In this document: positions 37,201 to 52,200 of the stretch, piece after piece
Layout of the letters: each line of letters starts with the position of its first letter
How positions within the stretch are numbered: position 1 is the first letter of the stretch
Assembly (NCBI GenBank): GCA_964016885.1
Contig: OZ024747.1
Location: forward strand, 32,302,001 to 32,366,000
Reading direction: 5' to 3'
Origin: Eledone cirrhosa
Lineage: Eukaryota
DNA: 64,000 nucleotides
Made by a program: the position numbers and the translations under genes
The notes under the pieces: model-generated
Database searches by the model: none
Told to the model about the DNA's origin: nothing
What the model saw: the letters and a program-made list of their open reading frames with translations, nothing else

Positions 37201-40200
37201 GCCAGTGGTCAATAGAGATACCATCCAGAAGGTGGGTGACACGCAGATGAAATATAATGTCTCAGACAGGGACCAGTGGCCAGTGGTCAACAGAGAGACC
37301 ATCCAGAACGACGGTGACAGGCAGATGAAATATAATGTCTCAGACAGGGACCAGTGACCAGTGGTCAATAAAGATACCATCCAGAAGGTGGGTAACAGGC
37401 AGATGAAATATAATGTCTCAAACGGACCATTGGCCAGTGGTCAACAGAGAGATCATCCAGAAGGTGGTTGACAGGCAGAGGAAATATGTCTCAGACAGGG
37501 ACCAGTAGCCAGTGGTTAATACAAAGACCATCCAGAAGGTGGGTGACCGGCAGAGGAAATATAATGTCTCAGACAGGGACCAGTAGCCAGTGGTCAACAG
37601 AGAGACCATCCAGAAGGTGGGTGACAGGCAGATGAAATATAATGTCTCAGACAGGTATCAGTGGCCAGCGTTCAACAGAGAGACTATCCAGAAGTTGGGT
37701 GACAGGCAGAGGAAATATAATGTCTCAGGGGACAGGGACCAGTGGCCAGTGGTCAACAGAGAGACCATCCAGAAGGAGGGTGACAGGAAGATGAAATATG
37801 ATGTCTCAGACAGAGACCAGTGGCCAGTGGTCAACAGAGAGACCATCCAAAAGGTGGGTGACAGGCAGATGAAATATAATGTCTGACACAAGGACCAGTG
37901 GCCAGTGGTCAACAGAGAGACCATCCAGAAGATGGGTGACAGGCAGATGAAATATAATGACTCAGACAGGGACCATTGGCCAGTGGTCAACAGAGAGACC
38001 ATCCATAATGTAGGTGACAGGCATATGAAATATAATGTCTCAGACAGGCACCAGTGGCCAGTGGTCAATAGAGAGATCATCCAGAAGGTGGGTGACAGGC
38101 AGATGAAATATAATGTCTCAGACAGGGAACAGTGGCCAGTGGTCAACAGAGAGACCATCAGGAAGGTGGGTGACAGGCAGATGAAATATAATGTCTCAGA
38201 CAGGGACCAGTAGCCAGTGGTCAACAGAGAGACCATCCAGAAGGTGGGTGAACTGCAGATGAAACATAATGTCTCAGACAGGGAACAGTGACCAGTGGTC
38301 AATAAAGTTACCATCCAGAAGGTGGGTGACAGGCAGATGAAATATCATGTCTCAGACAGGGACCAGTAGCCAGTGGTCAATAGAGATACCATCCAGAAGG
38401 TGGGTGACACGCAGATGAAATATAATGTCTCAGACAGGGACCAGTGGCCAGTGGTCAACAGAGAGACCATCCAGAACGACGGTGACAGGCAGATGAAATA
38501 TAATGTCTCAGACAGGGACCAGTGACCAGTGGTTAATAAAGATACCATCCAGAAGGTGGGTAACAGGCAGATGAAATATAAGGTCTCAAACGGACCATTG
38601 GCCAGTGGTCAACAGAGAGATCATCCAGAAGGTGGTTGACAGGCAGAGGAAATATGTCTCAGACAGGGACCAGTAGCCAATGGTTAATAGAAAGACCATC
38701 CAGAAGGTAGGTGACCGGCAGATGAAATATAATGTCTCAGACAGGGACCAGTAGCCAGTGGTCAACAGAGAGACCATCCAGAAGGTGGGTGACAGGCAGA
38801 TGAAATATAATGTCTCAGACAGGTATCAGTGGCCAGCGTTCAACAGAGAGACTATCCAGAAGGTGGGTGACACGCAGAGGAAATATAATATCTCAGACAG
38901 CGACCAGTAGCCAGTGGTCAACAGACAGACCATCCAGAAGGAGGGTGACAGTCAGATGATAAATCATGTCTCAGACAGGGACTAGTAACCAGTGGATACT
39001 AGAGATACCATCCTGAAGGTGGGTGACACGCAGATGAAATATAATGTCTCAGACAGGGACCAGTGGCCAGTGGTCAACAGACAGACCATCCTGAAGGTGG
39101 GTGACAGGCAGATGAAATATAATGTCTCAGACATGGTCCAGTGGCCAGTGGTCAACAGAGAGAACATCCAGAATGTGGGTGACAGGAAGCTGAAATATAA
39201 TGTCTCAGGGGACAGGGACCAGTGGCCAGTGGTCAACAGAGAGAACATCCAGAAGGTGGGTGACAGGCAGACGAAATATAATTTCTCAGACAGGGACCAG
39301 TGGCCAGTGGTCAACAGAGAGACCATCCAGAAGGTGGGTGAGAGGGAGATGAAATATCATGTCTCAGACAGGGACCAGTAGCCAGTAGTTAATAGAGATA
39401 CCATCCAGAAGGTGGGTGACAGACAGATGAAATATAACGTCTCAGACAGGGACCAGTAGCCAGTGGGCAACAGAGAGAGACCATCCAGAAGGTGGGTGAC
39501 AGGCAGATGAAATATAATGTCTCAGAGAGGGACCAGTAGCCAGAGGTCAACAGAGAGACCATCCAGAAGGAGAGTGACAGGCAGATGTAATATAATGTCT
39601 CAGACAGGGACCATTGGCCAGTTGTCAACAGAGAGACCATCTAGAAGGTGCGTGATAGGCAGATGAAATATAATGTCTCAGAGAGGGACCAATGGCAAGT
39701 GGTCAACAGAGAGACCATCCAGAAGGTGGGTGACAGGCAGATGAAACATGATGTCTCAGACAGGGACCAGTGGCCAGTGATCAACAGAGAGACCATCCAG
39801 AAGGTGGTTGACAGGCAGAGGAAACAGAACGTCTCAGACAAAGACCAATGGCCAGTGGTCAATAGAGAGACCATCCAGAAGGTGGCTGACAGGCAGATGA
39901 AATATAATGTCTCAGACAGGGACCAGTAGCCAGTGGTCAATAGAGAGACCATCCAGAAGGTGGGTGACACGCAGATGAAATATAATGTCTCAGACAGGGA
40001 CCAGTGGCCAGTGGTCAACAGAGAGACCATCCAGAACGACGGTGACAGGCAGATGAAATATAATGTCTCAGACAGGGACCAGTGACCAGTGGTCAATAAA
40101 GATACCATCCAGAAGGTGGGTAACAGGCAGATGAAATATAATGTCTCAAACGGACCATTGGCCAGTGGTCAACAGAGAGATCATCCAGAAGGTGGTTGAC

Positions 40201-43200
40201 AGGCAGAGGAAATATGTCTCAGACAGGGACCAGTAGCCAGTGGTTAATAGAAAGACCATCCAGAAGGTGGGTGACCGGCAGAGGAAATATAATGTCTCAG
40301 ACAGGGACCAGTAGCCAGTGGTCAACAGAGAGACCATCCAGAAGGTGGGTGACAGGCAGATGAAATATAATGTCTCAGACAGGTATCAGTGGCCAGCGTG
40401 CAACAGAGAGACTATCCAGAAGTTGGGTGACAGGCAGAGGAAATATAATGTCTCAGGGGACAGGGACCAGTGGCCAGTGGTCAACAGAGAGACCATCCAG
40501 AAGGAGGGTGACAGGCAGATGAAATATGATGTCTCAGACAGAGACCAGTGGCCAGTGGTCAACAGAGAGACCATCCAAAAGGTGGGTGACAGGCAGATGA
40601 AATATAATGTCTGACACAAGGACCAGTGGCCAGTGGTCAACAGAGAGACCATCCAGAAGATGGGTGACAGGCAGATGAAATATAATGTCTCAGACAGGGA
40701 CCATTGGCCAGTTGTCAACAGAGAGACCATCCATAATGTAGGTGACAGGCATATGAAATATAATGTCTCAGACAGGCACCAGTGGCCAGTGGTCAATAGA
40801 GAGATCATCCAGAAGGTGGGTGACAGGCAGATGAAATATAATGTCTCCGACTGGGACCAGTAGCCAGTGGTCAACAGAGATAACATCCAGAAGGTGGATG
40901 ACAGGCAGATGAAATATAATGTCTCAGACAGGGACCAGTAGCCAGTAGGTCAACAGAGAGACCATCCAGAAGGTGGGTGACAGGCAGATAAAAATATGTC
41001 TCAGACAGGGAACAGTGGCCAGTGGTCAACAGAGAGACCATCAGGAAGGTGGGTGACAGGCAGATGAAATATAATGTCTCAGACAGGGACCAGTAGCCAG
41101 TGGTCAACAGAGAGACCATCCAGAAGGTGGGTGAACGGCAGATGAAACATAATGTCACAGACAGGGAACAGTGACCAGTGGTCAATAAAGTTACCATCCA
41201 GAAGGTGGGTGACAGGCAGATGAAATATCATGTCTCAGACAGGGACCAGTGGCCAGTGGTCAACAGAGAGACCATCCAGAACGACGGTGACAGGCAGATG
41301 AAATATAATGTCTCAGACAGGGACCAGTGACCAGTGGTTAATAAAGATACCATCCAGAAGGTGGGTAACAGGCAAATGAAATATAAGGTCTCAAACGGAC
41401 CATTGGCCAGTGGTCAACAGAGAGATCATCCTGAAGGTGGTTGACAGGCAGAGGAAATATGTCTCAGACAGGGACCAGTAGCCAGTGGTTAATAGAAAGA
41501 CCATCCAGAAGGTGGGTGACCGGCAGATGAAATATAATGTCTCAGACAGGGACCAGTAGCCAGAGGTCAACAGAGAGACCATCCAGAAGTTGGGTGACAG
41601 GCAGATGAAATATAATGTCTCAGACAGGTATCAGTGGCCAGCGTTCAACAGAGAGACTATCCAGAAGGTGGGTGACACGCAGAGGAAATATAATATCTCA
41701 GACAGCGACCAGTAGCCAGTGGTCAACAGACAGACCATCCAGAAGGAGGGTGACAGGCAGATGATAAATCATGTCTCAGACAGGGACCAGTAACCAGTGG
41801 TTACTAGAGATACCATCCTGAAGGTGGGTGACACGCAGATGAAATATAATGTCTCAGACAGGGACCAGTGGCCAGTGGTCAACAGACAGACCATCCTGAA
41901 GGTGGGTGACAGGCAGATGAAATATAATGTCTCAGACATGGTCCAGTGGCCAGTGGTCAACAGAGAGAACATCCAGAATGTGGGTGACAGGCAGCTGAAA
42001 TATAATGTCTCAGGGGACAGGGACCAGTGGCCAGTGGTCAACAGAGAGAACATCCAGAAGGTGGGTGACAGGCAGACGAAATATAATGTCTCAGACAGAG
42101 ACCAGTAGCCAGTGGTCAACAGAAGACCATCATGAAGGAGTGTGACAGGCAGATGAAATATCATGTCTCAGACAGGGACCAGTAGCCAGTGGTCAATAGA
42201 GATACCATCCAGAAGGTGGGTGACACGCAGATGAAATATAATTTCTCAGACAGGGACCAGTGGCCAGTGGTCAACAGAGAGACCATCCAGAAGGTGGGTG
42301 AGAGGGAGATGAAATATCATGTCTCAGACAGGGACCAGTAGCCAGTGGTTAATAGAGATACCATCCAGAAGGTGGGTGACAGACAGATGAAATATAACGT
42401 CTCAGACAGGGACCAGTAGCCAGTGGGCAACAGAGAGACCATCCAGAAGGTGGGTGAAAGGCAGATGAACTATAATGTCTCAGACAGGGACCAGTGGCCA
42501 ATGGTCAACAGAGAGATCATCCAGAAGCAGGGTGACAGGCAGATGAAATGTAATGTCTCAGACAGGGACCAGTGGCCAGTGGTCAACAGAGAGACCATCC
42601 AGAAGATGGGTGACAGGCAGATGAAATATAATGTCTCAGACAGGGACCATTGGCCAGTGGTCAACAGAGAGACCATCCATAATGTAGGTGACAGGCATAT
42701 GAAATATAATGTCTCAGACAGGCACCAGTGGCCAGTGGTCAATAGAGAGATCATCCAGAAGGTGGGTGACAGGCAGATGAAATATAATGTCTCCGACTGG
42801 GACCAGTAGCCAGTGGTCAACAGAGATAACATCCAGAAGGTGGATGACAGGCAGATGAAATATAATGTCTCAGACAGGGAACAGTGGCCAGTGGTCAACA
42901 GAGAGACCATCAGGAAGGTGGGTGACAGGCAGATGAAATATAATGTCTCAGACAGGGACCAGTAGCCAGTGGTCAACAGAGAGACCATCCAGAAGGTGGG
43001 TGAACGGCAGATGAAACATAATGTCTCAGACAGGGAACAGTGACCAGTGGTCAATAAAGTTACCATCCAGAAGGTGGGTGACAGGCAGATGAAATATCAT
43101 GTCTCAGACAGGGACCAGTAGCCAGTGGTTAATAGAGATACCATCCAGAAGGTGGGTGACACGCAGATAAAAAATATAATGTCTCAGACAGGGACCAGTG

Positions 43201-46200
43201 GCCAGTGGTCAACAGAGAGACCATCCAGAACGACGGTGACAGGCAGATGAAATATAATGTCTCAGACAGGGACCAGTGACCAGTGGTTAATAAAGATACC
43301 ATCCAGAAGGTGGGTAACAGGCAGATGAAATATAAGGTCTCAAACGGACCATTGGCCAGTGGTCAACAGAGAGATCATCCAGAAGGTGGTTGACAGGCAG
43401 AGGAAATATGTCTCAGACAGGGACCAGTAGCCAGTGGTTAATAGAAAGACCATCCAGAAGGTGGGTGACCGGCAGATGAAATATAATGTCTCAGACAGGG
43501 ACCAGTAGCCAGTGGTCAACAGAGAGACCATCCAGAAGTTGGGTGACAGGCAGATGAAATATAATGTCTCAGACAGGTATCAGTGGCCAGCGTTCAACAA
43601 AGAGACTATCCAGAAGGTGGGTGACACGCAGAGGAAATATAATATCTCAGACAGCGACCAGTAGCCAGTGGTCAACAGACAGACCATCCAGAAGGAGGGT
43701 GACAGTCAGATGATAAATCATGTCTCAGACAGGGACCAGTAACCAGTGGTTACTAGAGATACCATCCTGAAGGTGGGTGACACGCAGATGAAATATAATG
43801 TCTCAGACAGGGACCAGTGGCCAGTGGTCAACAGACAGACCATCCTGAAGGTGGGTGACAGGCAGATGAAATATAATGTCTCAGACATGGTCCAGTGGCC
43901 AGTGGTCAACAGAGAGAACATCCAGAATGTGGGTGACAGGCAGCTGAAATATAATGTCTCAGGGGACAGGGACCAGTGGCCAGTGGTCAACAGAGAGAAT
44001 ATCCAGAAGGTGGGTGACAGGCAGACGAAATATAATGTCTCAGACAGAGACCAGTAGCCAGTGGTCAACAGAGAGACCATCTAGAAGGAGTGTGACAGGC
44101 AGATGAAATATCATGTCTCAGACAGGGACCAGTAGCCAGTGGTCAATAGAGATACCATCCAGAAGGTGGGTGACACGCAGATGAAATATAATTTCTCAGA
44201 CAGGGACCAGTGGCCAGTGGTCAACAGAGAGACCATCCAGAAGGTGGGTGAGAGGGAGATGAAATATCATGTCTCAGACAGGGACCAGTAGCCAGTGGTT
44301 AATAGAGATACCATCCAGAAGGTGGGTGACAGACAGATGAAATATAACGTCTCAGACAGGGACCAGTAGCCAGTGGTCAACAGAGAGACCATCCAGAAGG
44401 TGGGTGACAGGCAGATGAAATATAATGTCTCAGACAGGGACCAGTAGCCAGTGGTCAATAGAAAGAACATCCAGTAGGTGGGTGATAGGCAGATGAAATA
44501 TAATGTCTCAGACAGGGACCAGTAGCCAGTGGTCAACAGAGAGACCATCCAGAAGGTGGGTGACAGGCAGAGGAAATATAATGTCTCAGACAGGGAGCAG
44601 TAGCCAGTTTTCAACAGAGAGACCATCCAGAAGGTGGGTGACAGGCAGATGAAATATAATGTCTCAGACAGGGACCAGTGACCAGTGGCCAATAAAGATA
44701 CCATCCTGAAATTGGGTAACAGGCAGATGAAATATAATGTCTCAAACAGGGACCAGTGGCCAGTGGTCAACAGAGAGACCATCCAGAAGGTGGGTGACAG
44801 GCAGAGGAAATATAATGTCTCAGACAGGGACCTGTAGCCAGTGGTCAATAGAAAGAACATCCAGTAGGTGGGTGATAGGCAGATGAAATATAATGTCTCA
44901 GACAGGGACCAGTAGCCAGTGGTCAACAGAGAGACCATCCAGAAGGTGGGTGACAGGCAGAGGAAATATAATGTCTCAGACAGGGAGCAGTAGCCAGTTT
45001 TCAACAGAGAGACCATCCAGAAGGTGGGTGACAGGCAGATGAAATATAATGTCTCAGACAGGGACCAGTAGCCAGTGGTCAATAGAAAGACCATCCAGTA
45101 GGTGGGTGACAGGCAGATGAAATATAATGTCTCAGACAGGGACCAGTAGCCAGTGGTCAACAGACAGACCATCCAGAAGGTGCGTGACAGGCAGATGGAA
45201 TATAATGTCTGAGACAAGGACCAGTAGCCAGTGGTCAACAGAGAGACCATCCAGAAGGTGGGTGACAGACAGATGAAATATAACGTCTCAGACAAGGACC
45301 AGTAGCCAGAAGTCAACAGAGAGACCATCCAGAAGGAGAGTGACAGGCAGATGAAATATAATGACTCAGACAGGGACCATTGGCCAGTTGTCAACAGAGA
45401 GACCATCTAGAAGGTGCGTGACAGGCAGATGAAATATAATGTCTCAGACAGGGACCAGTGGCCAGTGATCAACAGAGAGACCATCCAGAAGGTGGTTGAC
45501 AGGCAGAGGAAACAGAACGTCTCAGACAGGGACCAATGGCCAGTGGTCAATAGAGAGACCATCCAGAAGGTGGCTGACAGGCAGATGAAATATAATGTCT
45601 CAGACAGGGACCAGTGGCCAGTGGTCAATAGAGAGACCATCCAGAAGGACGGTGACAGGCAGATGAAATATAATGTCTCAGGGGACAAGGACCAGTGACC
45701 AGTGGTCAATAAAGATACCATCCAGAAGGTGGGTAAAAGGCAGATGAAATATAATGTCTCAAACAGGGACCAGTAGCCAGTGGTCAACAGAGAGACCATC
45801 CAAAACGTGGGTGACAGGCAGAGCAAATATAATGTCTCAGACAGGGACCAGTAACCAGTGGTCAATAGAAAGACACTCCAGAAGGTATGTGACAGGCAGA
45901 TGAAATATAATGTCTCAGACAGGGACCTTTAGCCAGTGGTCAACAGAGAGACCATCCAGATGGTTGGTGACAGGCAGATGAAATATAATGTCTCAGACAG
46001 GTATCAGTGGCCAGCGGTCAACAGAGAGACCATCCAGAAGGTGGATGACAGGCAGAGGAAATATAATGTCTCAGACAGGGACCAATGGCCAGTGGTCAAC
46101 GGAAAGACCATCCAGAAGGAGAGTGACAGGCAGATGAAATATGATGTCTCAGACAGGGACCAGTGGCCAGTGATCAACACAGAGACCATCCAGAAATTGG

Positions 46201-49200
46201 GTGAGAGGGAGATGAAATATCATTTCTCAGACATGGACCAGTAACCAGTGGTCAATAGAGATATCGTCCAGAAGGTGGGTGACACGCAGATGAAATATAA
46301 TGTCTCAGACAGGGACCAGTGGCCAGTGGTCAACAGAGAGACCATCCAGAATGTGGGTGAGAGGGAGATGAAATATAATGTCTCAGACAGGGACCAGTTG
46401 CTAGATGTCAACAGAGAGACCATCCAGAAGGAGAGTGACAGGCAGATGAAATATAATGTCTCAGATAGGGACCAATGGCAAGTGGTCAACAGAGAGACCA
46501 TCCAGAAGGTGGGTGACAGGCAGATGAAATATGATGTCTCAGACAGGGACCAGTGGCCAGTGATCAACACAGAGACCATCCAGAAGGTGGGTGACAAGCA
46601 GAGGAAATAGAACGTCTCAGACAGGGACCAATGGCCAGTGGTCAATAGAGAGACCATCTAGAAGGTGGCTGACAGGCAGATGAAATATAATGTCTCAGAC
46701 AGGCACCAGTGGCCAATGGTCAACAGAGAGACCATCCAGAAGGAGGGTGACAGGCAGATGAAATATAATGTCTCAGACAGGGACCAGTGGCCAGTGGTCA
46801 AAAAGAGAGACCATCCAGAAGGAGGGTGACAGGAAGATGAAATATAAAGTCTCAGACAGGGACCAGTGGCCAGTGGTCAACGGAGAGACCATCCAGAAGG
46901 ACGGTGACAGGCAGATGAAATATAATGTCTCAGACAGGGACCAGTGACCAGTGGCCAGTGATCAACACAGAGACCATCCAGAAGGACGGTGACAGGCAGA
47001 TAAAATATAATGTCTCAGACAGGCACCAGTGGCCAGTGGTCAATAGAGAGACCATCCAGAAGGAGGGTGACAGGCAGATGAAATATAATGTCTCAGGGGA
47101 CAAGGACCAGTGGCCAGTGGTCAACAGAGAGACCATGCAGAAGGTGGGTGACAGGCAGATGAAATATAATGTCTCCGACTGGGACCAGTAGCCAGTGGTT
47201 AATAGAAATAACATCCAGAAGGTGGGTGACAGGCAGATGAAATATAATGTCTCAGACAGGGACCAGTAGCCAGTGGTCAACAGAGAGACAATCCAGAAGG
47301 TGGGTGTCAGGCAGATGAAATATAATGTCTCAGACAGGGACCAGTAGCCAGTGGTTAATAGAAATAACATCCAGAAGGTGGGTGACAGGCAGATGAAATA
47401 TAATGTCTCAGACAGGGACCAGTAGCCAGTGGTCAACAGAGAGACAATCCAGAAGGTGGGTGTCAGGCAGAAGAAATATAATGTCTCAGACAGGGACCAG
47501 TGGCCAATGGTCAACAGAGAGACCATCCAGAAGGAGGGTGACCGGCAGATGAAATATAATGTCTCAGACAGGGACCAGTGGCCAGTGGTCAACAGAGAGA
47601 CCATCCAGAAGGAGGGTGACAGGAAGATGAAATATAAAGTCTCAGACAGGGACCAGTGGCCAGTGATCAACGGAGAGACCATCCAGAAGGACGGTGACAG
47701 GCAGATGAAATATAATGTCTCAGACAGGGACCAGTGACCAGTGGCCAATAAAGATACCATCCTGAAGGTGGGTAACAGGCAGATGAAATATAATGTCTCA
47801 AACAGGGACCAGTGGCCAGTGGTCAACAGGGAGACCATCCAGAAGGTGGGTGACAGGCAGAGGAAATATAATGTCTCAGACAGGGACCAGTAGCCAGTGG
47901 TCAATAGAAAGAACATCCAGAAGGTGGGTGAGAGGCAGATGAAATATAATGTCTCAGGCAGGGAGCAGTAGCCAGTTTTCAACGGAGAGACCATCCAGAA
48001 GGTGGGTGACAGGCAGATGAAATATAATGTCTCAGACAGGGACCAGTAGCCAGTGGTCAATAGAAAGACCATCCAGTAGGTGGATGACAGGCAGATGAAA
48101 TATAATGTCTCAGATAGTGACCAGTAGCCAGTGGTCAACAGACAGACCATCCAGAAGGAGAGTGACAGGCAGATGGAATATAACGTCTCAGACATAGAAT
48201 AGTGGCCAGTGGTCAACAGAGAGACCATCCAGAAGGTGCGTGACAGGCAGATGGAATATAATGTCTGAGACAAGGACCAGTAGCCAGTGGTCAACAGAGA
48301 GAACATCCAGAAGGTGGGTGACAGGCAGATGAAATATTATGTCTCAGACAGGGACCAGTGGCCAGTGGTCAACAGAGAGACCATCCAGAAGGTGGGTGAC
48401 AGGCAGATGAAATATAATGTCTCAGACATGGACCAGTGGCCAGTGGTCAACGGAGAACATCCAGAATGTGGGTGACAGGCAGATGAAATATAATGTCTCA
48501 GGGGACAGGGACCAGTGGCCAGTGGTCAACAGAGAGACCATCCAGAAGGTGGGTGACAGGCAGATGAAATATGATGTCTCAGACAGAGACCAGTGGCCAG
48601 TGGTCAACAGAGAGACCATCCAAAAGGTGGGTGACAGGCAGATGAAATATAATGTCTCAGACAGGCACCAGTGGCCAGTGGTCAATAGAGAGATCATCCA
48701 GAAGGTGGGTGACAGGCAGATGAAATATAATGTCTCAGTGGACAAGGACCAGTGGCCAGTGGTCACCTGAGAGACGATCCAGAAGGTGGGTGACAGGCAG
48801 ATGAAATATGTCTCCGACTGGGACCAGTAGCCAGTGGTCAACAGAAGACCATCATGAAGGAGGGTGACAGGCAGATGAAATATCATGTCTCAGACAGGGA
48901 CCAATAGCCAGTGGTCAATAGAGATACCATCCAGAAGGTGGGTGACACGCAGATGAAATATAATGTCTCAGACAGGGACCAGTGGCCAGTGGTCAACAGA
49001 GAGACCATCCAGAAGGTGGTTGACAGGCAGAGGAAATATGTCTCGGACAGGGACCAGTAGCCAGTGGTCAATAGAAAGACCATCCAGAAGGTGGGTGAGA
49101 GGGAGATGAAATATCATGTCTCAGACAGGGTCCAGTAGCCAGTGGTTAATAGAGATACCATCCAGAAGGTGGGTGACAGACAGATGAAATATAACGTCTC

Positions 49201-52200
49201 AGACAGGGACCAGTAGCCAGTGGTCAACAGAGAGACCATCCAGAAGGTGGGTGACAGGCAGATGAAATATAATGTTTCAGACAGGGACCAGTGGCCAATG
49301 GTCAACAGAGAGACCATCCAGAAGGAGGGTGACAAGCAGATGAAATATAATGTCTCAGACAGGGACCAGTGGCCAGTGGTCAACAGAGAGACCATCCAGA
49401 AGGAGGGTGACAGGAAGATGAAATATATTATCTCAGACAGGGACCAGTGGCCAGTGGTCAACAGAGAGACCATCCAGAAGGACGGTGACAGGCAGATGAA
49501 ATATAATGTCTCAGACAGGGACCAGTGACCAGTGGCCAATAAAGATACCATCCTGAAGGTGGGTAACAGGCAGATGAAATATAATGTCTCAAACAGGGAC
49601 CAGTGGCCAGTGGTCAACAGAGAGACCATCCAGAAGGTGGGTGACAGGCAGAGGAAATATAATGTCTCAGAGAGGGACCAGTAGCCAGTGGTCAATAGAA
49701 AGAACATCCAGAAGGTGGGTGACAAGCAGATGAAATATAATGTCTGAGACAGGGAGCAGTAGCCAGTTTTCAACAGAGAGACCATCCAGAAGGTGGGTGA
49801 CAGGCAGATGAAATATAATGTCTCAGACAGGGACCAGTAGCCAGTGGTCAATAGAAAGACCATCCAGTAGGTGGGTGACACGCAGATGAAATATAATGTC
49901 TCAGACAGGGACCAGTGGCCAGTGGTCAACAGAGAGACCATCCAGAACGACGGAGACAGGCAGATGAAATATAATGTCTCAGACAGGGACCAGTGACCAG
50001 TGGTCAATAAAGATACCATCCAGAAGGTGGGTAACAGGCAGATGAAATATAATGTCTCAAACGGACCATTGGCCAGTGGTCAACAGAGAGATCATCCAGA
50101 AGGTGGTTGACAGGCAGAGGAAATAATTCTCAGACAGGGACCAGTAGCCAGTGGTCAATAGAAAGACCATCCAGAAGGTGGGTGACAGGCAGATGAAATA
50201 TAATGTCTCAGACAGGTATCAGAGGCCAGCGTTCAACAGAGAGACTATCCAGAAGGTGGGTGACAGGCAGAGGAAATATAATGTCTGAGACAGCGACCAG
50301 TAGCCAGTGGTCAACAGACAGACCATCCAGAAGGAGGGTGACAGGCAAATGAAAAATCATGTCTCAGACAGGGACCAGTAACCAGTGGTTACTAGAGATA
50401 CCATCCTGAAGGTGGGTGAGAGGGAGATGAAATATCATGTCTCAGACAGGGACCAGTAGCCAGTGGTTAATAGAGATACCATCCAGAAGATGGGTGACAC
50501 GCAGGTGAAATATAATGTCTCAGACAGGGACCATTGGCCAGTTGTAAACAGAGAGACGATCCAGAAGGTGCGTGACAGGCAGATGAAATATAATGTCTCA
50601 GAGAGGGACCAATGGCCAGTGGTCAATAGAAAGAACATCCAGAAGGTGGGTGACAGGCAGATGAAATATAATGTCTCAGGTAGGGAGCAGTAGCCAGTTT
50701 TCAACCGAGAGACCATCCAGAAGGTTGGTGACAGGCAGATGAAATATAATGTCTCAGACAGGGACCAGTAGCCAGTGGTCAATAGAAAGACCATCCAGTA
50801 GGTGGGTGACAGGCAGATGAAATATAATGTCCCAGACATTGACCAGTAGCCAGTGGTCAACAGACAGACCATCCAGAAGGAGAGTGACAGGCAGATGAAA
50901 TATAATGTCTTAGACATAGGATAGTGGCCAGTGGTCAACAGAGAGACCATCCAGAAGGTGCGTGACAGGCAGATGGAATATAATGTCTGAGAAAAGGACT
51001 AGTAGCCAGTGGTCAACAGAGAGAAAATCCAGAAGGTGGGTGACAGGCAGATGAAATATTATGTCTCAGACAGGGACCAGTGGCCAGTGGTCAACAGAGA
51101 GACCATCCCGAAGGTGGGTGACAGGCAGATAAAATATAATGTCTCAGACATGGACCAGTGGCCAGTGGTCAACAGAGAACATCCAGAATGTGGGTGACAG
51201 GCAGATGAAATATAATGTCTCAGGGGACAGGGACCAGTGGCCAGTGGTCAACAGAGAGACCATCCAGAAGGTGGGTGACAGGCAGATGAAATATGATGTC
51301 TCAGACAGAGACCAGTGGCCAGTGGTCAACAGAGAGACCATCCAAAAGGTGGGTGACAGGCAGATGAAATATAATGTCTGACACAAGGACCAGTGGCCAG
51401 TGGTCAACAGAGAGACCATCCAGAAGGTGGGTGACAGGCAGATGAAATATAATGTCTCAGGGGACAAGGACCAGTGGCCAGTGGTCAACAGAGAGACGAT
51501 CCAGAAGGTGGGTGACACGCAGATGAAATATAATGTCTCCGACTGGAACCAGTAGCCAGTGCTCAACAGAGAGAACATCCAGAAGGTGGGTGACAGGCAG
51601 ATGAAATATAATGTCTCAGACAGGGAACAGTGGGCAGTGGTCAACAGAGAGACCATCAAGAAGGTGGGTGACAGACAGAGAAAATATAATGTCTCAGACA
51701 GGGAACAGTGGCCAGTGGTCAACAGAGAGACCATCAGGAAGGTGGGTGACAGGCAGACGAAATATAATGTCTCAGACAGGGAACAGTGACCAGTGGTCAA
51801 TAAAGATACCATCCAGAAGGTGGGTGAAAGGCAGACGAAATATAATGTCTCAGACAGAGACCAGTAGCCAGTGGTCAACATAAGACCATCATGAAGGAGG
51901 GTGACAGGCAGATGAAATATCATGTCTCAGACAGGGACCAGTAGCCAGTGGTCAACAGAGATACCATCCAGAAGGTGGGTGACACGCAGATGAAATATAA
52001 TGTCTCAGACAGGGACCAGTGACCAGTGGTCAATAAAGATACTATCCAGAAGGTGGGTAACAGGCAGATGAAATATAATGTCTCAGACAGGTATCAGTGG
52101 CCAGCGTTCAACAGAGAGACTATCCAGAAGGTGGGTGACAGGCAGAGGAAATATAATGTCTCAGACAGGTATCAGTGGCCAGCGTTCAACAGAGAGACTA

